From the IMG/VR virus record IMGVR_UViG_3300010365_001574: a DNA stretch of 20,000 nucleotides, one strand, 5' to 3'. Shown here one piece after another: positions 1 through 7,014 of the stretch; position 1 is the first letter of the stretch; each line of letters starts with the position of its first letter. The notes beneath the pieces are model-generated. The model ran no database searches and was not told where the DNA came from. It saw nothing but the letters and a program-made list of their open reading frames with translations. This DNA comes from an uncultured virus (IMG/VR IMGVR_UViG_3300010365_001574). Its lineage: Duplodnaviria; Heunggongvirae; Uroviricota; Caudoviricetes. Both the position numbers and the translations under genes were made by a program.

Positions 1-134
1 AAATTTTCCTTACCATATTTTTTAATAGATTTCTTTATTAACTTACCACTACCAAAATAATAAGGATTATTATTTTTATCTTGTCCAATATAAATTTTGG
101 AATTTATCAAATTAGTAATTTTATAGACTATCAT
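1..134 (-). CDS. GIY-YIG (Seg-like) homing endonuclease, N-terminal part; runs off the left edge
   Basis: Manual translation from ATG at 134: MIVYKITNLINSKIYIGQDKNNNPYYFGSGKLIKKSIKKYGKENF. It contains VY-x10-YIG and the Y-x-GSG...I-KYG-x-ENF signature of T4 Seg-type GIY-YIG nucleases. Not in the ORF track. Confidence 0.9.
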   Translation of the reverse strand, partial: MIVYKITNLINSKIYIGQDKNNNPYYFGSGKLIKKSIKKYGKEN

Positions 135-172
135 AACATAATTATTTTATAGTATATATAAAATAATATGTT
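135..172 (-). promoter_or_regulatory. Hairpin abutting the GIY-YIG start codon and overlapping a TTTATATATA promoter-like motif
   Basis: Arms aacata-a-ttattttata (135-151) and tataaaataatatgtt (157-172): 16 bp with one bulge and a 5-nt loop, ending immediately before the ATG. Confidence 0.65.
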
Positions 173-217
173 CTATCTTTTTTATTTACTCCACTTTATA
201 ACAAAATTAGTTTCTTG

Positions 218-243
218 TTATATGAATAATGGTAGATTTGTTT
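218..243 (-). promoter_or_regulatory. Putative phage promoter, class AAAC-N17-TATAA
   Basis: Minus strand AAAC-aaatctaccattattca-TATAA in intergenic DNA; the same architecture occurs at six other sites in the window. Confidence 0.5.
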
Positions 244-262
244 AATCATGTAACATGATTAA
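242..262. repeat. Perfect 10-bp palindrome just after the 2H phosphoesterase stop codon
   Basis: ttaatcatgt-a-acatgattaa; possible operator or terminator-like hairpin. Confidence 0.5.
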
Positions 263-265
263 TTA

Positions 266-844
266 TTATTTATTAAACTCAACTATTTTTAATTCACTCA
301 ATGGTTTTCTTGGTTCATTAGAAATCAATTCATGTCTTTTACAACACTCTAAAATATATTTAGAATGTTCTATATAATCTTTTTTAATTTTCAAAATTGA
401 ATTATTATTCTCTTCAACACCCTCTGGGTATCTTTCTTCTGCTCTTCCTAATGTTAAGTGCATACCAAAAAATGGATCTCTACTTAAACCCATTATTTCT
501 CTAATACTTTCTGCTTCAGGACAATGAACTCTCAACCACCAGTGTTCACCACTTGAACATGGTTCAGTTTCAACATAGAAATCAATTTCTTTACCATCAA
601 ATAAATCAGTAAACTGGTTGAATGTTTTAGCATCCATTCTATCATTGATAAAGGTAATGTGAGTACCTCTCAAGTTTCTAACTAACTCAAGATTAAATCT
701 TTTTTTCAAAAACCAAGCATAGTATTTATCTAAATCACAGTTAGTTCGGATCATAGCAACTTTCTTCCAAGATGCTTGACTTGCATGCTTCTTGGTTTTG
801 TCCTCTGGACTGAAATCTAATATACCTCTTACTTTAAATACCAT
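266..844 (-). CDS. 2H phosphoesterase superfamily protein
   Basis: 192 aa with two H-x-T motifs about 67 aa apart (GTHITF and GMHLTLG), the defining 2H signature. Confidence 0.75.
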   Translation of the reverse strand: MVFKVRGILDFSPEDKTKKHASQASWKKVAMIRTNCDLDKYYAWFLKKRFNLELVRNLRGTHITFINDRMDAKTFNQFTDLFDGKEIDFYVETEPCSSGEHWWLRVHCPEAESIREIMGLSRDPFFGMHLTLGRAEERYPEGVEENNNSILKIKKDYIEHSKYILECCKRHELISNEPRKPLSELKIVEFNK

Positions 845-848
845 ACTG

Positions 849-856
849 CAAAGATA
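849..856 (-). promoter_or_regulatory. Bacteroidota-type housekeeping promoter -7 element (TAnnTTTG)
   Basis: Minus strand TATCTTTG-cagt-ATG directly before the 2H gene; no clear TTTG -33 element seen. Confidence 0.6.
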
Positions 857-887
857 ATAAAATTATATATAAAATAAAAATTAAATT

Positions 888-1040
888 ATGGATAAATCAC
901 AAAAAGAAAATGTTTCATTATTAAGAGAAAAGTTCCTTCTAAACTATTGTAAAAAGATGAATTGGAATCATAATGAACTTTCAATTAATCAAATGTTGAC
1001 CATAACCTCTCAAAAAGAGTATATTACTCCTAAACAATAA
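888..1040 (+). CDS. Small hypothetical protein (50 aa)
   Basis: MDKSQKENVSLLREKFLLNYCKKMNWNHNELSINQMLTITSQKEYITPKQ*; fills the intergenic gap and is preceded by TTATATATAAAAT and an A-rich leader. Not in the ORF track. Confidence 0.75.
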   Translation: MDKSQKENVSLLREKFLLNYCKKMNWNHNELSINQMLTITSQKEYITPKQ

Positions 1041-1060
1041 GTTTTTTATTAATATAAATA
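1032..1060 (+). promoter_or_regulatory. Putative promoter AAAC-N17-TATAA(ATA) for the glycosyltransferase cluster
   Basis: AAAC 1032-1035, TATAA 1053-1057; the -10 part extends to TATAAATA, the T4 late consensus. Confidence 0.55.
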
Positions 1061-1078
1061 AAAAATAATTAATTATGA

Positions 1079-1813
1079 ATGAATACACATACTTTTACCT
1101 TTGTAATAGGGTATAGACACACATTAGAAAAATTCAATAATCTAAAGAGAACTCTTGATTGGATTAATGGATTTGCAGGAGTTGATGTAATAATTGTTGA
1201 ACAAGATACACACTCAAAAATCTCACACTTACCTTTAAAAGCAAGACAAATTTTCCTAAAATCAAGTAAACCTTATAATAAAGCTTGGGGATTTAATGTT
1301 GCCACAAAATTATCAAAATCAAATGTAATAGTATTTTCTGATTTAGGAATAATTATGGATCCTAATCAATTTATCGAAGGACTTAAAGCAATAGAACAAT
1401 ATGATATGGTTAGTCCTTATAAAAAACAAATTGAACTTCAACAAAATGAATCAGGTTTACAACTACCAGATATTTTAAATATTGATAGATTTGGTAGAGA
1501 AAAATCAATATGTGAAAGCTTATGTATTTTCAGAAAAGATGCTATACAAAAAATAGGCGGCTGGTATGAAGAACTTATAGGAAATGGTGAAGATGAATTT
1601 TTATCAAATAAAGTAAAACAATTTCTAAATTGGACTGAGTTTGAGCAAAAAGGTTATCAATTGTTTTATAATAGAGAAGCTCCTAATATGGCTCTACAAC
1701 AAAGAAACTTACAATTACTTCAAACATTAAATAATCTATCTAAAGATGATTTAGTTAAATCAATAAATCTTAGTATACCAAAAAATTCAATGGTTAATAA
1801 ATATGACAACTAA
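1079..1813 (+). CDS. GT-A glycosyltransferase (GT2/GT7-like) with degenerate motifs
   Basis: VIIVEQ, PYNKAWGFNVA, VFSDLG (DxD incomplete), IGGWYEELIGNGEDE; clear paralog of the next ORF. Confidence 0.8.
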   Translation: MNTHTFTFVIGYRHTLEKFNNLKRTLDWINGFAGVDVIIVEQDTHSKISHLPLKARQIFLKSSKPYNKAWGFNVATKLSKSNVIVFSDLGIIMDPNQFIEGLKAIEQYDMVSPYKKQIELQQNESGLQLPDILNIDRFGREKSICESLCIFRKDAIQKIGGWYEELIGNGEDEFLSNKVKQFLNWTEFEQKGYQLFYNREAPNMALQQRNLQLLQTLNNLSKDDLVKSINLSIPKNSMVNKYDN

Positions 1814-2564
1814 TTTTACTTATATAATACCTTTTAAATATACTGATGATCGATTACTTACTTTAATTAAAGTATTAAAGAATATTAAAGAATCTAATAT
1901 AAATTGTGAAGTAATAGTTATTGAACAAGGTTTAGAACCTATTCTACCAACAAAAAATGTAATCACTGATGAGAATTACATTTTTATGAGTAATCCACTA
2001 CCATTTAATAAATCTTGGAGTCTAAATGTTGCCTGGAAATCTGCAACTACTGATACTATAGTATTTGGTGATGCTGATAATCTAATTGATACTAAACATA
2101 TATTATCTTCTATTGAAGAACTAAAAGATTATGATTTTGTTTCACCACATATCAGACTAGTTGACTTAGAACCTAATGAAAATAATTTAGATAATGATGA
2201 AATATTCAATATCAATAGACCTGGTAGAGGTGAGTTAGACCATCAAAAATTACCAATGTGTGGTGCAATGACTATTTTTACAAAAGAAGCTTTAGAAAGA
2301 ATAGGTGGTTGGCCAGAAGAGTTCTTTGGTTGGGGTGCAGAAGATGATGCAATGAGTATCAAAGTAAAACACTTCTTAAAATGGAAAGAAAATGATAATA
2401 ATTGTTATCATTTATATCATAACAGAGTTCAACCCGAACAACAATGGTATTATAGAAATCTACAGATATACAATAACTATCTAAATATAACTAAAGATAA
2501 ATTACAAGAATATATTGATTCTGTTAAACCATTTATTGGAGATAAAAATAGAAAATTAACATAA
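1803..2564 (+). CDS. GT-A glycosyltransferase (GT2 N-terminus with galactosyltransferase/GT7-like C-terminus)
   Basis: YIIPF, VIVIEQ, PFNKSWSLNVA, FGDAD (DxD), IGGWPEEFFGWGAEDD (GWGxEDD motif), YHLYH. Confidence 0.9.
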   Translation: MTTNFTYIIPFKYTDDRLLTLIKVLKNIKESNINCEVIVIEQGLEPILPTKNVITDENYIFMSNPLPFNKSWSLNVAWKSATTDTIVFGDADNLIDTKHILSSIEELKDYDFVSPHIRLVDLEPNENNLDNDEIFNINRPGRGELDHQKLPMCGAMTIFTKEALERIGGWPEEFFGWGAEDDAMSIKVKHFLKWKENDNNCYHLYHNRVQPEQQWYYRNLQIYNNYLNITKDKLQEYIDSVKPFIGDKNRKLT

Positions 2565-3241
2565 TGATAACTATACTTTGGTGTACTATTAGACCAACAC
2601 AATTTATGAATTTTCACCAGAAATGGTTAGAAAAAGCAGATAATAAAGAAAATATAAGAACTATTGTAGCAGTAAACTGGGAAGAGCATAAAGAGTTTCT
2701 TAAAGACTATCCAGTTGAAGTAGTTGTTGTAAATACTGATAAAATAGGAGTTTGTTATCCATCATATATTCTAAGTTCTACTTTAGAATGTGAAAATGAC
2801 TCAGATGTTGTAGTTTTTGCATCAGATGACTTTTTACCACCTGATAGTTGGGACACTTATCTTATAAATAAGTTTAAAGAACAAGATGGATGTTTATTTG
2901 TACCAGATGGTTACCAATTAGAAAACTCTTCTAATATGATAGATCCTTGTATAACAATACCTCTTATGAGTTATGGTTGTTTGAAAAAAATAAATAAAGT
3001 AATATATCATCCAGCATATAATCATATGTTCTCTGATTGTGAACTATTCTTAAATTGTAAAGAATTAGGATTAATAATAAATGGATATCATGATGGAGTT
3101 CAATTCTTACATGTTCATCACTCAGCTGGATTAAGACAACCTGACCAAGCAGACCAACAATATCATTTAAAATGGCAAGTTGACCAAGAAACTTGGAATA
3201 AAAGGAAATTACTTCCTTTAGAAGAAAGATTAAAAGTATAA
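2564..3241 (+). CDS. Putative GT-A glycosyltransferase
   Basis: N-terminal TIRP, VVVFASDDFLPP (DD motif), YHPAY-x-HMFSD-x-EL, late HxHH; translationally coupled by a TAATG overlap. Confidence 0.7.
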   Translation: MITILWCTIRPTQFMNFHQKWLEKADNKENIRTIVAVNWEEHKEFLKDYPVEVVVVNTDKIGVCYPSYILSSTLECENDSDVVVFASDDFLPPDSWDTYLINKFKEQDGCLFVPDGYQLENSSNMIDPCITIPLMSYGCLKKINKVIYHPAYNHMFSDCELFLNCKELGLIINGYHDGVQFLHVHHSAGLRQPDQADQQYHLKWQVDQETWNKRKLLPLEERLKV

Positions 3242-3996
3242 TGAAAACAAATATAGAAAAAATCTGTAACTATACAGAAGATACTAAAAATCCTTATCAA
3301 CCTACTATAGCTCTATCTTATATTGATATGGTAACAGAAGATGAAGATGCTCATCAAAGAGAAATAAAAAGACAAAATAGAGAATTGGCTATTGATATTA
3401 TTTTAGATGAGAAAGATGAAAGTGAATGGGAAAATAGAAATAATAATATTGTATTTGGTTTTGATTCAGGTTATACATCTACAATAAGTCCTAAAATATT
3501 TACAGTAAATACAATAGCAAAAAACTTTACTTCTTTTAAAGATTTAGAATATGATGTTTTTACTAAATTAGAAAGTTTAACTAAGAATAAACCTGTTAGT
3601 AACAATTCAATGGTAAATACCTTAGATATTAATATATCAAATATAAGTTCATCCTATGATTTTGAAGCATTACAAAGAAGAGTTGTGTCAAAAATTATGG
3701 CTTGTACAAATATTGTTGCAATGGAAAATAGAAAAGGACCAGCAAATACAATAATTGTAGGTATAAATGTTGCTAAGTATATAGAAACAAGAGATATGAA
3801 CATATCAAATATGTTTGTTGGTTTAGATATAGTAATAACACCTTATATTGATAAAGATAAGATAATAGTTATGAGAGTGGAAAACTCTATAGGAACTGGC
3901 CTCAATGTTATAGTAAAACCAAATGACAATAAGTATTATATGGTAGAAACACCACAATCTTGGGAAAAGACCATGAAATGGTTCTGGATAAAATAA
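3241..3996 (+). CDS. Protein resembling a truncated, degenerate gp23-type major capsid protein (C-terminal-half segment)
   Basis: LQRRVVSKIMACTNIVAMENRKGPANTIIVGINVAKYI...GLDIVITPYIDKDKIIVMR parallels the gp23 segment IARQTGRGEGNFIIASRNVVNVL...VYIDQY (recalled, not aligned computationally). Confidence 0.55.
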   Translation: MKTNIEKICNYTEDTKNPYQPTIALSYIDMVTEDEDAHQREIKRQNRELAIDIILDEKDESEWENRNNNIVFGFDSGYTSTISPKIFTVNTIAKNFTSFKDLEYDVFTKLESLTKNKPVSNNSMVNTLDINISNISSSYDFEALQRRVVSKIMACTNIVAMENRKGPANTIIVGINVAKYIETRDMNISNMFVGLDIVITPYIDKDKIIVMRVENSIGTGLNVIVKPNDNKYYMVETPQSWEKTMKWFWIK

Positions 3997-3998
3997 AT

Positions 3999-4021
3999 AA
4001 AACCACTCATTGAGTGGTTTT
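3999..4021. terminator. Bidirectional intrinsic terminator
   Basis: aaaaccactc-att-gagtggtttt between convergent genes, with A and T tracts on the two sides. Confidence 0.85.
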
Positions 4022-4558
4022 TTAGTTTCTTGATTGAACTCTTATTTTATCATACTTTAACATTAACTTATACATACTATCCCATTCTTCATTAGGATTC
4101 TCAACTAACTTTTCATTCCATTGGTTGTTATTGAAATATTCAACAATCATACCAACTCTAAAATCCTCTTTTTGTTTTGGTACCCAATATCTTTTTTCTT
4201 CAAAGAATGAAAATGACATTCCTTTGTAAATATATGAACTATCACAATTTTCATTATATTTACTCACTCCTAATATTTTCTCAGTTCCTGTATTAAATAT
4301 CTTTCTTGGTTTATTCTCACCTTTATATTTTATAATTGCAGATTGAACATTAAACTTATCAAGTAGAAATATAATATCAGTTCTCAATGAATCACTATCA
4401 ATAGTACCATATGCCAAAATTGAATCATTGAATACACCTGATTCATAATTTTTCATTTCTAATATTTGATAATCTCTTGAGTATAATACAGATAAAATAT
4501 CATCCAATTTATCAGATGATATTAATAAATATGATATTTGAGGATTTTCTAAATTCAT
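4022..4558 (-). CDS. Hypothetical protein (178 aa)
   Basis: Intact ORF with AATATATA 4 nt upstream of the ATG; ends at the terminator. Confidence 0.8.
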   Translation of the reverse strand: MNLENPQISYLLISSDKLDDILSVLYSRDYQILEMKNYESGVFNDSILAYGTIDSDSLRTDIIFLLDKFNVQSAIIKYKGENKPRKIFNTGTEKILGVSKYNENCDSSYIYKGMSFSFFEEKRYWVPKQKEDFRVGMIVEYFNNNQWNEKLVENPNEEWDSMYKLMLKYDKIRVQSRN

Positions 4559-4562
4559 AGAC

Positions 4563-4570
4563 TATATATT
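4563..4570 (-). promoter_or_regulatory. Putative phage promoter AATATATA-N4-ATG
   Basis: Minus strand tttAATATATAgtctATG. Confidence 0.6.
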
Positions 4571-4574
4571 AAAT

Positions 4575-4727
4575 TTATTTAGTAGTAACTCTAAATATCT
4601 CTAATAGTTTACCCATACCAATTTGTTTTATTTCTGCAAAATATTCAATTGCTAATTCCTTTGATGGAAAATTTCCTTTTTTAATAACTTCATCAGAAGT
4701 CTTTGTTTTTAGATAAAATGTTTTCAT
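4575..4727 (-). CDS. Small hypothetical protein (50 aa)
   Basis: MKTFYLKTKTSDEVIKKGNFPSKELAIEYFAEIKQIGMGKLLEIFRVTTK*; preceded by AATATATATA-gagt-ATG. Not in the ORF track. Confidence 0.75.
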   Translation of the reverse strand: MKTFYLKTKTSDEVIKKGNFPSKELAIEYFAEIKQIGMGKLLEIFRVTTK

Positions 4728-4731
4728 ACTC

Positions 4732-4741
4732 TATATATATT
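4732..4741 (-). promoter_or_regulatory. Putative phage promoter AATATATATA-N4-ATG
   Basis: Minus strand aaAATATATATAgagtATG. Confidence 0.55.
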
Positions 4742-4776
4742 TTTTATCAATCTTCTTTTTAGAGAGGTTGGTTATT

Positions 4777-4790
4777 TTTATATATAAATA
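4777..4790 (+). promoter_or_regulatory. Putative late-type promoter (TTTATATATAAATA) for the HNH gene
   Basis: Contains TATATA and the T4 late consensus TATAAATA (4783-4790), 14 nt before the ATG at 4805. Confidence 0.5.
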
Positions 4791-4804
4791 AAAGTAAAAG
4801 TTAT

Positions 4805-5515
4805 ATGAAAAATTGTTCAAAATGTAATATTGAAAAGGAATTAGAATTTTTTCCAAAGGATAAAACTAAAAAATGTGGTTATAGTAGTTGTTGTAAAGAT
4901 TGTAAGAAAAAGTACAGAGAAGATAATAAAGAAATGTTAAAAGAGACTTATAAAAATTACAGAGATAATAATAAAGAGAATATTAAAAATTATGTAATAA
5001 ATAATTCAGAAAAGATTAAAGAGTATCAAAAAGAATATAGAAAAAATAACAAAGAGACCAATTCAATTAATCAAAAAGAATGGTACTATAATAATATTGA
5101 CAAAGCAAGAAAAGTAAGAAGAGAATATCAAAAAAATAATAAAGAGAAAAGAAACAAAAAAATAAAGAAAAGAAGACTTGAAGATAATAAATTTAGATTA
5201 GTTTCTATAATAAGAACATTGATTTCCAATTCATTTATAAGAAATGGATTTAGTAAAAATTCTAAAACATTTCAAATATTGGGATGTTCATTTGAGGAAT
5301 TCAAATTACACTTAGAAAGTAAATTTGAACCTTGGATGAATTGGGAAAATCAAGGATTGTATAATGGTGATTTTAATTATGGATGGGACATTGATCACAT
5401 GATACCATCATCAACTGCAAAATGTAAAGATGATGTTATTATTTTAAATCACTTTACTAATTTACAACCATTATGTTCAAAAATAAATAGAGATATTAAG
5501 AGGGATAATTATTGA
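4805..5515 (+). CDS. Free-standing HNH-type homing endonuclease with N-terminal Zn finger
   Basis: CSKC...CKDC, a K/Y/N-rich helical linker, then WDIDHMIP...NHFTNLQPL...N beta-beta-alpha-Me core. Confidence 0.85.
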   Translation: MKNCSKCNIEKELEFFPKDKTKKCGYSSCCKDCKKKYREDNKEMLKETYKNYRDNNKENIKNYVINNSEKIKEYQKEYRKNNKETNSINQKEWYYNNIDKARKVRREYQKNNKEKRNKKIKKRRLEDNKFRLVSIIRTLISNSFIRNGFSKNSKTFQILGCSFEEFKLHLESKFEPWMNWENQGLYNGDFNYGWDIDHMIPSSTAKCKDDVIILNHFTNLQPLCSKINRDIKRDNY

Positions 5516-6734
5516 ATAACTCCTTTAACTTTTTGTTAAATATACTTTTGACAATTTCTCTATATTTCACAGGAAATACAATTGAATCATGTATTGTTAT
5601 TATTTTTATATCTGGATAAATATTAATTATAGTTTTTATTATATTATTGAATATCAAATTTGATTCCATTTTTTGCAAATCATATGCTAATATTTTATAA
5701 TTTGAAAACTCTTTTTTATACAATTTTATAAAATTATGTATAGTTGGAAAATTGCTTTCAAATAAAATGTCACATTTATTATTACTTCTATTCCTACCAA
5801 ATAGAACTTTATATGTCATCTTTTTAATTGTATTTTTATCAAATTTTGATTTACTCATCATATATTCATAATATCCACCACTTTCAACCAAATATGAAAA
5901 CAACTCAAACTCATTTTGGTCAACCCATTTTGTCCCACTATCTCTTATTATCTTTGACAGAAATAATGGTTGACTATTAGAAATATCCAATTCACAAGTT
6001 TCCTCACCATCAATCATTAGACAATTCTTTCTAATAAATGACTTCAATATTGTGTAATTTGTATGCATTCTTCCATAAGCATCAAAGTGATAAAAGATAT
6101 GTTTATTATTTATACATTCAACAGAATAAACATTTCTATTATAAATATCATAATCTTGATACTTCAATGAGTCTAAGAAAAATATTGCTCTATCAAACTC
6201 AATATTAACACTAAATAAGTCAGAAACTAACTTTTCTTTAACATCAATATCAATTAATGATTCTTTCTCACCAATAGAACTTCCAACCATTTCTACAAAC
6301 TTACCTTTATACTTTCTCAAAAGTACTTTGTCATAGTTCTTATATCTTTTAATTTTAGATTTAAAAATATCATCATCTAATGAATATATTCTTGATGTAA
6401 CACCTGTTTGATATTGTGTCATAAGTGCAATTATATTATTATCAATAAGATAATTTATATAATAGTTGTATAAGTAACCATACTTATCTTTTAACACAGT
6501 GGCATTAATTGCAAATCTGTTTTCTTTCTTAAAATAATACTTTAAAATTAGACTATGTATTATATCAATTAGATAATCTGTCTTTAGTTTTGTCTCTTTA
6601 TAATTTATAGTTTTTATATTCTCAATATGATATAAACATTCTGGTAAAAATTGAAGTGTAAAAGTTTTATCTTCTACTCTCTTAGATACTATTTGGCTTG
6701 ATATTTTATTAGTGATTTTGTTCTCAATATACAT
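5496..6734 (-). CDS. Minimal family-A DNA polymerase / single-subunit RNA polymerase-like protein
   Basis: DAYGRMH (DxxGR), ELDISNSQP (motif A), KKMTYKVLFG (motif B), LQKMES, ITIHDSI (motif C); 412 aa, with no exonuclease motifs seen. Confidence 0.75.
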   Translation of the reverse strand: MYIENKITNKISSQIVSKRVEDKTFTLQFLPECLYHIENIKTINYKETKLKTDYLIDIIHSLILKYYFKKENRFAINATVLKDKYGYLYNYYINYLIDNNIIALMTQYQTGVTSRIYSLDDDIFKSKIKRYKNYDKVLLRKYKGKFVEMVGSSIGEKESLIDIDVKEKLVSDLFSVNIEFDRAIFFLDSLKYQDYDIYNRNVYSVECINNKHIFYHFDAYGRMHTNYTILKSFIRKNCLMIDGEETCELDISNSQPLFLSKIIRDSGTKWVDQNEFELFSYLVESGGYYEYMMSKSKFDKNTIKKMTYKVLFGRNRSNNKCDILFESNFPTIHNFIKLYKKEFSNYKILAYDLQKMESNLIFNNIIKTIINIYPDIKIITIHDSIVFPVKYREIVKSIFNKKLKELFNNYPS

Positions 6735-6739
6735 AGTTT

Positions 6740-6765
6740 TTATATGAAAATTAAGCCATATGTTT
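6740..6765 (-). promoter_or_regulatory. Putative promoter AAAC-N17-TATAA for the polymerase-like gene
   Basis: Minus strand AAAC-atatggcttaattttca-TATAA-aaact-ATG. Confidence 0.55.
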
Positions 6766-6960
6766 CAAGATTTTTTCTATTTTTTTCTTTCTCATTTCTC
6801 TTCTCAATTCATCACTTAATTCTTTAACTAATTTATCTTCCACATCACTATTAATATACACATTTAAGTCTGTTGATAATTCAGTTGTCCACTCACTTCT
6901 AAGTGGTCTTGATTCTGACTTAACAATAACTTCTTTCATACTTATATTTATCTCATTCAT
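6751..6960 (-). CDS. 69-aa protein resembling the backbone-helix segment of a gp23-type major capsid protein
   Basis: INISMKEVIVKSESRPLRSEWTTELSTDLNVYINSDVEDKLVKELSDELRRE parallels T4 gp23 FRIDKQVIEAKSRQLKAAYSIELAQDLRAVHGMDADAELSGILATEIMLE (recalled); ends in REMRKKKIEKIL. Confidence 0.7.
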   Translation of the reverse strand: MNEINISMKEVIVKSESRPLRSEWTTELSTDLNVYINSDVEDKLVKELSDELRREMRKKKIEKILKHMA

Positions 6961-6985
6961 AAATTTTATTTATCTCATTCATAAA
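6945..6985. repeat. 19-bp direct repeat (period 22) duplicating the start of the 69-aa ORF
   Basis: tatttatctcattcataaa at 6945-6963 and 6967-6985. Confidence 0.85.
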
Positions 6986-6987
6986 AT

Positions 6988-7014
6988 TTATATCAAAAAT
7001 TAAATATATAGTTT
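6988..7014. promoter_or_regulatory. Overlapping divergent promoter-like motifs
   Basis: Minus strand AAAC-N18-TATAA (7014 to 6988) for the 69-aa ORF; plus strand AATATATA (7003-7010)-gttt-ATG for the GGCT gene. Confidence 0.55.

Noticed and set aside
197..222. 8-bp inverted repeat tataacaa/ttgttata
   Set aside because: Short and AT-rich; plausible by chance, with no independent support.
1075..1116. Alternative ATG at 1075 before the first glycosyltransferase
   Set aside because: Out of frame and closes after 13 codons; the ATG at 1079 gives the full protein.
4022..4558. Possible SAM-lyase/DUF3293-like fold (F-x-x-Q-S-A-I-I pattern)
   Set aside because: Resemblance too weak by eye and key residues not identifiable; left as hypothetical.
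4805..5515. Group I intron or intein hosting the HNH genes
   Set aside because: Flanking genes are complete and differently oriented or separately started; no room for intron core structure.
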